Assembly (NCBI RefSeq): GCF_026571515.1
Contig: NW_026853286.1
Coordinates: forward strand, 62,001 to 126,000
From: Ruditapes philippinarum
Lineage: Eukaryota
Direction: 5' to 3'
DNA length: 64,000 bases
Shown: piece by piece, positions 13,003-23,721 of the stretch
How the letters are laid out: each line of letters begins with the position of its first letter
Position numbering within the stretch: the first letter of the stretch is position 1
Notes under the pieces: model-generated
Databases searched by the model: none
What the model was told of the DNA's origin: nothing
Seen by the model: the letters and a program-made list of their open reading frames with translations, nothing else
Translations under genes and position numbers: made by a program

Positions 13003-13611
13003 ATGGCGGCATCGATCCAGATATTTGGTCATTCCTTTGTTTCCCGTCTGAAATCTTTTCTACGGAATGAACCACATCTTCATTTTAACTTAAACTTAAC
13101 TTCGCTCCCGTTGGTACAATATTCGGGTTATTCAGGAGCTAAGGTGGAAACACTCCGGAGGAATTTTACGGACATTACGGATTTCGCTCCAGATATTGTT
13201 GTACTTTTGATTGGGACAAATGATTTATGTCAACCGGATGTTGACCATGTCAGTGTTTCCGCAGCAATATTAGACTTAATTGATAGTTTACTTTTCTTGG
13301 GAAACGTAAAAAGGGTGATCTGCTGCCAAATATTACACAGACGGCCTTCACAGTCAACACATCATCACGTTGATACAACATGGTTTAATAATCGTGTAGA
13401 TGAGACAAATTACATCTTGTCAACGAACATTCAAGCATTGCCCCATGGCCGTGCCACTTTCTGGCGTTTAAAGGGATTTTGGTCTCCAGAAGCGCAGTCT
13501 CAGGTCTTTGCATTAGATGGGGTACATTTGTCCGTCATGGGTCAAAAGAAGCTGTACTCTAACATCCGTGCTGCAGTGGTTGCCACTTTAAATAATGGTC
13601 TAGAGATATGA
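13003..13611 (+). CDS. SGNH/GDSL-family hydrolase (esterase) ORF of the Ngaro element, 202 aa, intact
   Basis: All four SGNH blocks are present: I FGHSF, II SGAKV, III IGTND, V DGVHL. Confidence 0.9.
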   Translation: MAASIQIFGHSFVSRLKSFLRNEPHLHFNLNLTSLPLVQYSGYSGAKVETLRRNFTDITDFAPDIVVLLIGTNDLCQPDVDHVSVSAAILDLIDSLLFLGNVKRVICCQILHRRPSQSTHHHVDTTWFNNRVDETNYILSTNIQALPHGRATFWRLKGFWSPEAQSQVFALDGVHLSVMGQKKLYSNIRAAVVATLNNGLEI

Positions 13612-14387
13612 AAGATATGTATTCCATTTCATTTTTCTGTTCTAGAAGTTTATGCTTGTAGGGGTCGTCCAAGTCACTTGGATGAACTCATTTTTCCATC
13701 TATTTTCACAAGCTGAATGACAAGTTTAAAGTTTACAAGATTTTACAAATTTGTTTATATGCATACAGTCACCTTTAATAAGGCGATACCTGTGTGATCT
13801 ATGCTTTTATAACTAATTAATAGATATACAGATTGGTATATAACTGTTTGATATAATTCATATTGTTACAGAACAAGCGGTATACAGCTTTTTGGGTAGT
13901 CATTTTCCATTTACATACAGTATTATTGTATAAACTTGTGTATATCTGGATATGTTCATATCCGGGAAAAATGTTCTAATATGTACAAGTTTTGAACACT
14001 TAACAAATTTAACCGCATCAATATTTAGTACTCAATTCAAGGTCAAGCTTGTTAACATATTAGATATATATTATAATGTGTATAATACAAAAATAGGCCT
14101 TTTACCTAAAGGTCAGTTTTGGGTTGGTGTTTCAACATTTGCTTTTCAAGCTCAATTTAATTTTTTTTTGGCTTTTAGCCAAATATACTTTTAGCCATTA
14201 TATTATATTTACTCACGGCCTTTTAAATTAGAGTACAACTTTCTGAAGGTTTTCATCTGAAGCACTTCTTAATCAGTCTGTAAGGTCTCAATTAGTAAAT
14301 TATTAAACAAATACCACGTCTCGACAAGGAAGGGCAGTCAATTAATTTCCGGAAATAACATGCTCGATTTTCCAGTCTAGACTGTGA

Positions 14388-14735
14388 AGTTCCAGACTAT
14401 GTTCTGATGTTACCATGCTTATATATCAATTGCCAGACTATGTTCTGATGTTCCAGACTATGTTCTGATGTTCCAGACTATGTTCTGATGTTCCAGACTA
14501 TTTTCTGATGTTCCAGACTACGTTCTGATGTTCCAGACTACGTTCTGATGTTCCAGACTATGTTTTTATGTTCCAGATTTTATTCTGGGGCTACAACATT
14601 TAGTAATGATTCTCCAGACTATGTTCTGATGTTCCAGACTATGTTCTGATGTATTTATATTTATCTATTGTTTCCAGAATTTTTTCTGATGACGCAGTAT
14701 TTTACTGTTTCCAGACTATGTCTGATGTTCCAGAT
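14388..14735 (+). repeat. 20-bp minisatellite (GTTCCAGACTATGTTCTGAT)n inside the Ngaro element
   Basis: Visible 20-bp periodicity at 14430-14580, with scattered copies to 14735. Confidence 0.9.
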
Positions 14736-14910
14736 TATTTGAATTTATTTATTATTTTGTTTGTCTGATGAAAAATAATATTTTCTACAGGATATAACCA
14801 GAAAAAATAGTGTTGGTTTACTCTGGCTTTTTTCTTTCAGATGAAACGCAATAAACGTTCGGCCACAGTGAGCCATTGTAATATGCCATGCTGTTCTAAT
14901 AGTAATAAAG

Positions 14911-16083
14911 ATGATGTACAGAGTCCGACGACGGCTCATTTGGAAAACAATGGGCAAACTCGCAGGAAAAAGACCAAAAATGATCAAAAGTCACTCAGGG
15001 GTAAAAAAATCCAGTCAAAGCTCAACACAGCAAGCTGCCCAACTAGCAGGGGGAGGTGATATAACTCATAAAAACAAACAGGCTGTAAGCAGATCACACC
15101 AGAAGAGGAAAAGGGGTACAGTCCCTCATCAGTCGCCATCTTCTAATTTCAATCAGGAGGAAAATGACATTCAAGTCCTGCAGGTATCGGAGGATGAAGA
15201 AACCTCAACCTCAGAAAAGTCAACATCCTCAGACGAGGAAGAGAGTGATAATGACGAAGGCTTTATAAATTTCAGGGACATAATATCGTCCCATTCAAAT
15301 TACATTACAGGTAATGCTCTAGAAATGACACAATTTGTCGAACCAGTCTCCACCCCCATTTCGCATTCCATACCAAAGTCGGTCATTAAAAAAATCCAAA
15401 CTAACAAGTTTGTGGACTTCTCTCGCCTTTTGCCAAACATGGCCTTGCCCCAAGCTGAAAATTATTCTTTAACATTAAATGCTAATAACCATTTAAGTTT
15501 GGTACCTAATTCATCTTCCAGAAAAATCCAGTCCATTGAAACATGGACAACAGCCTTTTTAAGGTTTTCAGCCATTTATGCTGCAACTTTTCCCCATGAA
15601 ATGCCTCAATTAATGAAATATGGGGAAATAGTGAGAGATTTGGCCCGTCGGCGTCAAGGTTTGGGATGGTCATTCTATGACAACCAATTTCGCATGTTTC
15701 GCGAAAGGGAGCTAATGCCATGGGACAGGATTCACACAGAATTCTGGGTCATGGCAACCTCTCAACTGGCACCCCATCATAATGGGTCATTTCAGAGTAA
15801 TCGGCCCTTTCGTACAGGGTCCAGTAGGCAATTCAAATCCGGTTATAGTTACAGGAAACCCTCTAAATTCCTTGAAAATACCTGCTGGACCTTCAACAGA
15901 CGAGGTTTATGTCGGGAACCCCGATGCTCCAGGCCTCATGTCTGTGGATTCTGTAGGGGGGCCCACTACGCCGGCCAATGCTCATTTACTAATAAAGACC
16001 AGGCCATTACCTCCAGTCCCTCCTTTAGTCAGGCCACAAAATCTCAAAACACTCCCACAGTCAACCGTATTCCCAAAAAATAA
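14911..16083 (+). CDS. Gag-like ORF of DIRS/Ngaro element (true start uncertain, possibly 14841 with a frameshift)
   Basis: Basic/acidic low-complexity N-terminus, DIRS-gag core (FVDFSRLL, IETWTTAFLRFSAIY, WSFYDNQFR) and C-terminal CCCH+CCHC fingers CWTFNRRGLCREPRCSRPHVCGFCRGAHYAGQC. Confidence 0.88.
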   Translation: MMYRVRRRLIWKTMGKLAGKRPKMIKSHSGVKKSSQSSTQQAAQLAGGGDITHKNKQAVSRSHQKRKRGTVPHQSPSSNFNQEENDIQVLQVSEDEETSTSEKSTSSDEEESDNDEGFINFRDIISSHSNYITGNALEMTQFVEPVSTPISHSIPKSVIKKIQTNKFVDFSRLLPNMALPQAENYSLTLNANNHLSLVPNSSSRKIQSIETWTTAFLRFSAIYAATFPHEMPQLMKYGEIVRDLARRRQGLGWSFYDNQFRMFRERELMPWDRIHTEFWVMATSQLAPHHNGSFQSNRPFRTGSSRQFKSGYSYRKPSKFLENTCWTFNRRGLCREPRCSRPHVCGFCRGAHYAGQCSFTNKDQAITSSPSFSQATKSQNTPTVNRIPKK

Positions 16084-17649
16084 GGTTGGCCAGGTTACTA
16101 CACCAGTTAAGGTTTCTGTTTTGTCTACATACTTGCAAGGTTACCCAAACCGGAAATACTTAATTAATGGTTTCACAATAGGTTTTAAGCTAGGTTACAT
16201 TGGTCCTCGTCAATCTACATCATGCTCCAATCTAAAGTCCTGTTCAGAACTTCCCGATGTGGTTTTACAAAAGCTTCAAGCAGAAATCTACGCAAAACGC
16301 ATTAAAGGTCCTTTTCATGAAAGGCCTTTTCCTAATTTCCATATCAGCCCAATTGGCTTAGTTCCAAAGAAAACTGTCGGCGACTTTCGTCTTATTCACC
16401 ATTTAAGCCATCCAAAAGGTTCATCAATAAACGACCACATAGACCCAAACCTAGCTACGGTTAAATATGCCTCTTTTGATGATGCGGTAGCAACTCTGTT
16501 AAAATATGGCCCTGGTTGTTTCTTTGCAAAGACTGATATTCACAATGCTTTCAGGTTAATACCTCGGATCATGAGCTTTTAGGGTTTAGCTTTCAAGGTA
16601 AATATTACTATGATACATGCCTCCCGATGGGGTCATCTAGTTCATGTTCCATTTTCGAAGCTTTTAGCACTTCTCTTCAATGGATTGCTACCAACAAGTT
16701 AAAAATTCCTCACATTGTCCACATATTGGACGATTTTTCTTTCTTTGGTCATGATTTTAAGGCTTGTCAAGGTCATCTAGATCAATTTCTTAACCTCTGT
16801 AAAGTCATGGGTGTCCCAATAAAACAAGAGAAAACCGAGTCAGCCCGTCGAGTCATCGTATTCATGGGCTTAGAACTTGACTCCATAACTATGGAGGCTC
16901 GTCTTCCCCAAGATAAGCTATCTAAGTTAAGGTCTCTATTATTATATCATACAGGTCGTAAAAAAAATAACACTTAAGGATTTACAATCTTTAATTGGTC
17001 TTCTGAAATTTTTGCTGTTCAGTAGTCATACCAGGCCGTTGTTTCTTACGGCGTTTAATCAATTTAACAGTAAAAGTTTCAAAACCTACACATAGGATAA
17101 CTTTGTCAGCCGATAGTCGGCGGGATCTCAAAGCTTGGTTTTTGTTTACCCAACATTTTAATGGCAAAAATGTCCTTCTTAAACAACGGTGGTTATCAAG
17201 TCCCTCATTACATTTACACACTGATGCTGCTGGGTCACTTGGATATGGAGCTATTTTTAACAATAGTTGGTTTTATGGGGAATGGCCAAACCATATGACA
17301 TCATTCCACATCACATTTAAAGAACTTTTTCCTATAGTTTTAGCATTGGAAATCTGGGGTACAATTTTAAAAAACAAATGTATTATCTTACACTCAGATA
17401 ATTATGCTGTAGTTCATATTATCAACAAAACAATCTTGCAAAGATTCTGTTGTTATGAAGTTAGTTCGGCGCTTAGTTTTAACATGCATGCAACATAATA
17501 TTTTGATACAGGCTAAACATATACCAGGAAAGGATAATGTTTTACCAGATCTCCTTTCACGTTTACAGGTCAAACAGTTCCGCCTTTTGGCACCACAAAT
17601 GGACGACCAACCTACCAAAATACCAGAACAGTTGCTGCTTCTTCACTGA
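15782..17649 (+). pseudogene. Reverse transcriptase-RNase H ORF of Ngaro element, frameshifted (pieces 15782-16582, 16627-16977, 17103-17498, 17455-17649)
   Basis: RT motifs ISPIGLVPKK, FRLIHHLS, KTDIHNAFR, LPMGSSSS, HILDDF, FMGLELDS. RNase H motifs HTDAAGSLGYG, ITFKELFPI, HSDNYAVV, HIPGKDNVLPDLLSR. Overlaps the gag 3' end as is typical for DIRS elements. Confidence 0.9.
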
Positions 17650-18591
17650 ACTCTTCGGTCTTACACATACTATTAAAATCCCTGGCACCGTCCACAAGAA
17701 ACAGTTACCGAAATGCTTTCAAACAGTATAGCCGTTTTCATAATACTTACTACACTAAGTTCAAAGGCTCCCTTCTTCCTATTCCAACTTATAAAATGGC
17801 ACAGTTCATTGCAGTATGCCACTGATAGGCCCGGCCTTTAAACCGGCCGACTATATCAACTTGGATATCAGCTTTGTCCTATACTTCATCGTCTTCACAG
17901 GTTAAGAAATCCTTCTAAGGCATTTTCATTATTAAGAAACTGTTATACAGTATTAGGAAAAACTAAGGGTCTCGGACAAACGTCACGGTTTCACTATTCC
18001 TTTGCTTAGGTCATTAATCCAATCTTTGAGCAAAATTACTGCAAATCCATTTACCAAGCTCCTACTGAAAACGATTGTACCTGGTGGCTTTCTATGCCTT
18101 GCTTCGTCTTGGAGAAATTTCAGTCACCAAAACGGGAAAAGGCCAATATTGTTAAACTTGAAATGTTCATTTTTCAATATGATAAGTCTCGGCTCAATAG
18201 TGCCTCCATCCATCTCACTCATTTTAAGCATTCAAAAGGCCAGACAGCCAAAAATTTGTGCTGAGTAGGTCAAAACACAGACAACTTTGTCCTGTACGCA
18301 CATTAGCTTAATTATGTCAGTCAGATCTCCTCGTGTAATGGCCCGTTATTCCGCTTTAGTACGTGGTCACCCGGTACAGCATCTTTCTTTAGGCGTATGC
18401 TAAAACGCTGTCTAGTAGAAAGCGACTAGATCCTACCAAATATACATCTCACCTCTTTTCGAATCGGAGGGCAACCTTAGCACATGACCTGAATTTCTCT
18501 AATACACAAATCCAACAGTTAGGCCGTTGGTCTTCACAAGCATATACCAAAATATCTGCGGCCCAGCCTTTCTAAGGGACCAATCAAATAA
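17650..18591 (+). pseudogene. Tyrosine recombinase ORF of Ngaro element, many indels
   Basis: Reading across frames gives LLKSLAPSTRNSYRNAFKQY, YLVAFYALLRLGEI (catalytic R), HFKHSK, YTSH(S)FRIGG (HxxR) and IQQLGRWSSQAY..YLRP (GRW, catalytic Y). Confidence 0.85.
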
Positions 18592-18720
18592 GGTCCTTTG
18601 TAACAAATTCAAGGATTTCACTTTGGGTACAGACAAGTTCAATACTAATTGTCAAATTAAAAGTATGGCTAGGGCCTATGCATAGTCCACTCTATCCTTA
18701 TTGTACACTTGATAATATTG

Positions 18721-19912
18721 TTGACTGTCTGAGGCAGCAAAGTTTATTGTACAATATACATTTTAGATTGTTATTGTAGTACAACCGGGTTTTACGCGGT
18801 GATATTTTCATACTCAATGACGGTATAGGCATCTACATACTACATAAGTGTTACAATTTCATGTGTCATTACTAGAGCATTATATATATTTATACATCTT
18901 ACTATACATAATTTTATTAAGGAGTGGAGCTCCATGTATGATCTTTATGATAAGCTGCAATTCCCTCAACTGTCTGAGGCAGTGAAGACTTGGAGCACAT
19001 GCTTTGAATAAAATTGTCGCATGATTATATTTAATTATTAAGGCAAAATAGATATCTAAAACTTCTCTCGTATAGATTAAGGAATGTCACTTTACGACTT
19101 ATTTTAACTACGGACTACAGAGGCAGCGAGCCCTAAATTGTCACGTCTTTAATTTTTCTTATTGCCGATATAAAGCTAGTTTCACTCGAACTGTCTGAGG
19201 CAGCGAGCAAACGGTTCAGTTTCAGTAATTTATGGATTAATTGCCTTATTTTAACTTAGACGTCTTGAAACAGCGAGCTATTTGTCACATATTTAAATTT
19301 TATTGATGTTACATTATTACAAAATTGGTCTCATGTTTGGTTGTATTTTATTTTGCCTGATTTTCACTCGATGTCTTTGAGGCAGTGAGCTATTTGTCAC
19401 ATTGTTGTTCATTATATAATACTTACTTCCACTCGACTGTCTGAGGCAGCGAGCAAATTGTCTCAGGTTTTGTAATTTTATTATGTTCATGATATAGTGC
19501 CTTATTTCACTCGACTGTCTGAGGCAGTGAGCTATTTGTCACATGTTTGAAATTTGCATTATGTACATCTTTTGATACTTATTTTTACTTGACTGTCCGA
19601 GGCAGCGAACAAAATGTCTCATATTTGGTAATTTGATTATGTTCATGATATAGTGCCTTATTTCACTCGACTGTCTGAGGCAGCGAGCTATTTGTCACAT
19701 GTTTGAAATTTTATTATGTTCATATTATGATACTTATTTTCACTCAACTGTCTGAGGCAGTGAGCAAATTGTCTTCTGTTTGGTAATTTTAGTATGTTCT
19801 TGATATAGTACCTTATTTCACTCGACTGTCTGAGGCAGTGAGCCATTTGTCACATTTTGAAATTTTATTATGTTCATATAAACTTAATTTCACTGACTTC
19901 GAGAGCGAGCTA
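18721..19912 (+). repeat. Array of ~13 conserved 22-nt hairpins (CTCG-A-CTGTC-TGA-GGCAG-CGAG); last six within alternating ~78-bp units
   Basis: Copies at 18721, 18966, ~19108, 19185, ~19255, 19367, 19432, 19510, 19588, 19666, 19743, 19821, ~19892. Confidence 0.85.
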
Positions 19913-21100
19913 GTGTTTTTCTTGAATTTTTAAAATGTCATTGCCTTTTCTCCAGTTTTATCCTTTTCTTTAAACTTGCTCGGGTTTGGGGCAGCGAAGA
20001 GTATTCCTGTTAGAATTTTTATTTTTTTCAAATTTCATACCCCCGGGGTTTTAAAAAGGTTTTCGATATTTAAATTTTTTTCAAAGTCAATTTTTATATG
20101 CACTCTTATTTTTAAGGGATGGGGACTTATAAAAAATTTTTATCTTTTTCCCCGTTATCGGGGGCACCAGTCCAACAGTTTCCGGGCTTTATTGGGGGTA
20201 TTTGTTCACCCGATTTTTGAAAAATTTATATGTAGTAATTTTGTTTTTTTGGCAAAATAAATTGCCCGTTTCAAATCAATCATGATTTTTTTTAAATTTC
20301 CCCATACACGTCCAATCGGCTTCCCATAAAAAAGAGCCATAAATTTTTTTAGATAGATAAAAATTTTTTGTATGTTTAACAATCAGAAAACAAAAGCTCT
20401 TTAATGTAGGGTTAAACTATAAATCAAAATACTCCAATGTATATTTTCAGCCAAACTGAGGACCCTTAACCACGTGCCTCAAAAACCAAACAATCAACGG
20501 GATCGGCCCTTTTTGGAAAAATTTTTGAAGGGGAAAAACACGCACATTTTTGCTCTGCTTTAATTTTTCCCCCACCTCCCGTTTTCCTCCTCCGCTATGT
20601 TTTTCTCAAGGGTTACCAATAGTCAATATTAATTTTGAAACGATGTTTTGTATTAATTTTAAAATAATTTTTGACAGTTATGCTGTTCCTTTATTAACTA
20701 GAGTCTTAAAATAATTTTTGACAGATTACTGTTCCTTCATTAACTTAGATAAGTATGTTATTGTTGTTGTTGTTTATGTATATTATTGTTAGGCGGTATT
20801 TGTTCACCCAGATATGGGAAAATTATTTTATATGTATGTAATTATGTTGTTTTCGGCAAAATAAATTTGCCCGTTTTGGCGGTATTTGTTCACCCAGATA
20901 TGGGAAAATTATTTTATATGTATGTAATTATGTTGTTTTCGGCAAAATAAATTTGCCCGTTTTCAATCAATCATGATTTTGCTTATGAATTTCCCCATAC
21001 ACAGTCCACAGGGTCAGTGCTTCTCTATAAACAGATGCACATAAATATATATATATATATATAAAACAAAAAACACAGTCCATGAGTTAACTTATTTAAT

Positions 21101-21141
21101 TATTTGCCAACCGGTTTCTCTTATGATCATCAGGGCAAATA
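21101..21141 (-). ncRNA. Minimal type I hammerhead ribozyme in Penelope pseudo-LTR
   Basis: Minus strand reads TATTTGCC-CTGATGA-TC(ATAA)GA-GAAAC(CG)GTT-GGCAAATA: 8-bp stem I, intact core, 2-bp stem II and palindromic ACCGGT stem III. Confidence 0.88.
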
Positions 21142-21208
21142 TGACGTCGTCGCATAGTAACGACGTTTTAGTGTACACATGTGTACGCATAATCTAAAAA
21201 TAGTAACG

Positions 21209-22409
21209 TCATAATATAGTATTAAGTTTTGGATTAGAAACATCAATAAAATAGCGTTCTTTACATAACCTAGCTGAAACGTTTTTACTGTGAAATTTAT
21301 AAAATGGGAAAATACAAAATTTCGGGTCTTTTTTAGAGCATTTATCTAAATGTTCACTTAAAGGTAATTGTCTTGTTGATGGGTCTCTTATCTGCTGAGC
21401 ATGAACAGTTTTTCTGTTTCTGAGTTTGTCGCCTGTTTGGCCTATGTAAAATTCTTTGCAGCCGTTGCAAACTAAAACATATAAAACATTTTCAACAGTA
21501 CAGTCCATATTTTCTTTTGTATGAAATATTTTATCCTGAAGTTTTAAAGAATATCCTTCTATTAAATAATCACAGAGGCCACACCTCTGTTCGTTGCATT
21601 TTTTAACACAGGGTATTATATTGTTGTCTTTAAATTCTGAACTTATTAAAATGCTTTTTAAATTTGGTAATTGTCTTTTGCATTTTATTATGTTGGTGTT
21701 GCTTATTATCTTTTTCATTTTTTCATCATGTGTCAGAATTTCCATGTTTGTTTTAATTATGCCAAACAATTCTCTGATTTTCGGGTTACATGTTGAAATA
21801 TATGGAAGAATTTTGTTTTTTGATTGCTCTTTAACTTGAAGTAAGGTGGTTCGAGGAATCTCCAAAGCTTTTTTAATACCAGTTTTTATAAGTTGAATTG
21901 GAAATTTTCTTTTAATTAAAGTGATGGCGAGTTCCTTAAGTCTAATCTTTAGTATTTCCTTATCCGATACAATCGAGCATATTCTCCTTGCTAGCGAAAA
22001 CGGGATATTTGTTTTAATGTGTTTTGGATGACACGATTTAAAATTTAGATATTGTTTAGAATCGGTACTTTTAAAATATACATCAGTGACTATATATGTT
22101 CGTTTCTTAATAACCATTACATCTAAAAACGGACGTCTGTCTGTACTTTGTTGTTTCTTAAATTGTATATCTTTATGAAGTGAATTAAGTATTTTTTCAA
22201 AATATAATAAATCCGTTAGAGATCTTTGCCAAAATATAAAACAATCATCCAAAAATCTTGTCCAGTTACATTGAATATAATTAGCAAAATCTTCACCTTT
22301 CTGTTTGATAATTTCTGAATACAATTTTTCTTCTAAATAACCTAGTACAAGTGTTGCATATGTTGGAGCAACCTTTGTCCCCATGGCTGTACCTTTTACC
22401 TGTTTATAA
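21209..22409 (-). CDS. Penelope RT/GIY-YIG polyprotein, 5'-truncated open frame
   Basis: Same motifs as the element above. The first ~13 codons of the ORF-track entry are antisense read-through of the inverted piece. Confidence 0.85.
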
Positions 22410-22410
22410 C

Positions 22411-22907
22411 AAAACCAAGTACATTTTACGGACTTCCTAAAATTCATAAAAGTAAGATTATTCCAGAAATATGCAAATCAAAATCCTCTGAATATATTGA
22501 AATACTTAATCCGGAAGACTTAACATTTAGACCTATAGTTGCTGGTCCTCAATGTGAAACTAGCCATTTAAGTTCTTTTCTTGAAAATTTATTAAAACCT
22601 ATTGTGGGAAAAGTGAAAAGTTACTTGAGAGATGATATTGATTTTCTGAATATCATACCAGAGAAAGTTGAAGAAAGTACAACTTTAGTTTCATTTGACA
22701 TAGTTAGTTTGTACACAAATATACCCCATAAACTAGGTTTAGAAGCCATTTCATTTTGGTTAAATAAGTACCCAGAATTAATTACATCTCGTTTTGATAA
22801 GAGCTTTATATTAAATGGCCTTGAAATAATTTTACAAAATAATATTTTTTCATTTAATAATCAATATTATAAACAGGTAAAAGGTACAGCCATGGGGGCA
22901 AAGGTTG
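22411..22907 (+). mobile_element. Penelope RT N-half, inverted relative to the 3' part
   Basis: Plus frame reads KPSTFYGLPKIHK..FRPIVAGP..SYLRDDIDFL..LVSFDIVSLYTNIPH..YKQVKGTAMGAKV. Confidence 0.9.
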
Positions 22908-23630
22908 ACACTGACAAATGGATTATGTGTACTTTATGTCCAAATAAATGGCATTTTTCATGTACAGGTGAACCGACGAAGTTGAGTTAGTGATAAAAAA
23001 CAACTTTGTTTGCCAGTTTTGTGTCCAGTTTGATAATTGATGGTCAATGATTGTGCGTATATGTATGTACTTAATACGCAATATATATACTTCAAATCAT
23101 TTCAAAAGCAATGAACAGGTAACGTTCTTATCAATCAAATATATCCGTGCATGAACTGTATAATTACGAACCTTTTCAGAACTTAAAAGAAACGTGATTT
23201 TTACTTCGAAAATGATTTGTTTTATTTATTATATTTGAACATCGGCCCTCGAATTCTTTCATTAGTTGAATGTCATTTTATTGTCTTATACTGAAAATTG
23301 GAATTATATTTAATGATTGAATATGGTTTATAAAATCTTAATCTAATTGCACAGTAAAACAATAAATGTTTCATGTTCTCTTTTCAATTTTTAAAAACAA
23401 ATTGGAGTATGTCGAAATTAGACGAAACATGTCGAAATTATACGACGATATCTATGTTCGTAAGAGAGATATTGCAAATCAAACAAGACATTCTTGTTCG
23501 TTTACATAATCAAGAAGTATTCCCAAAATGTTAGTTTCACATTCGGGTTAAAATCGGATCTTGTAATATCGACACCTAAACATTTGTGAGCAAAATTCTC
23601 TTAAAGTGTCGAAATTACCCGATGTTACTC
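22908..23630 (+). mobile_element. 3' fragment of a Tc1/mariner-pogo-like DNA transposon (PHD-finger C-terminus + right TIR)
   Basis: WIMCTLCPNKWHFSCTG...FVCQFC PHD-like remnant, repeated GTCGAAATTA motifs (23411, 23432, 23608) and an end ..GAAATTACCCGATGTTACTC|TA. Confidence 0.55.
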
Positions 23631-23719
23631 TAATTAAATAAGTTAAGTCATTAACTCATGGACTGTGTTTTTTGTTTTATTTATATGTGACTTTTTTTCC
23701 GGCACTTGTTTTCATTTTT

Positions 23720-23721
<2 letters not shown>
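23631..23721 (+). mobile_element. Second Penelope pseudo-LTR terminus (plus orientation)
   Basis: TAATTAAATAAGTTAA..AACTCATGGACTGTGTTTTTTGTTTTAT is the reverse complement of 21062-21102 and is followed by (TA)n. Confidence 0.75.

Larger units (their letters stand above)
12546..21048 (+). mobile_element. Full-length Ngaro-type (DIRS order) tyrosine-recombinase retrotransposon with split direct repeats
   Basis: A1 12546-12782 is similar to A2 ~20345-20567, and B1 ~20197-20344 to B2 ~20792-21048 (B2 has an ~86-bp internal tandem duplication). Order is A1-ORFs-B1-A2-unique-B2. ORFs: SGNH, gag, RT/RNase H, YR. No TSD; shared TAT core at both junctions. Confidence 0.9.
21063..22409 (-). mobile_element. 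Penelope-like element, 3' part (RT C-half + GIY-YIG endonuclease + pseudo-LTR)
   Basis: ORF 21209-22447(-): YKQVKGTAMGTKVAPTYATL, WTRFLDDCF, FLDV, YLNFKSCHPKH, CxxC, NVLYVLVCNGCKEFYIGQTG..RKTVH, ERYFI..PKLN. The 3' end abuts (TA)n. Confidence 0.92.

Noticed and set aside
19430-19860. Hairpin repeats as a CRISPR or integron attC array next to a tyrosine recombinase
   Set aside because: Spacers are homologous alternating units rather than unique captures, there are no cassette ORFs or attC R/L boxes, and the YR is the standard DIRS-type integrase.
22604-22990. RT-PHD fusion gene
   Set aside because: Chance in-frame junction of a truncated Penelope RT and a DNA-transposon fragment. It has no start context, and the PHD is broken by stops.
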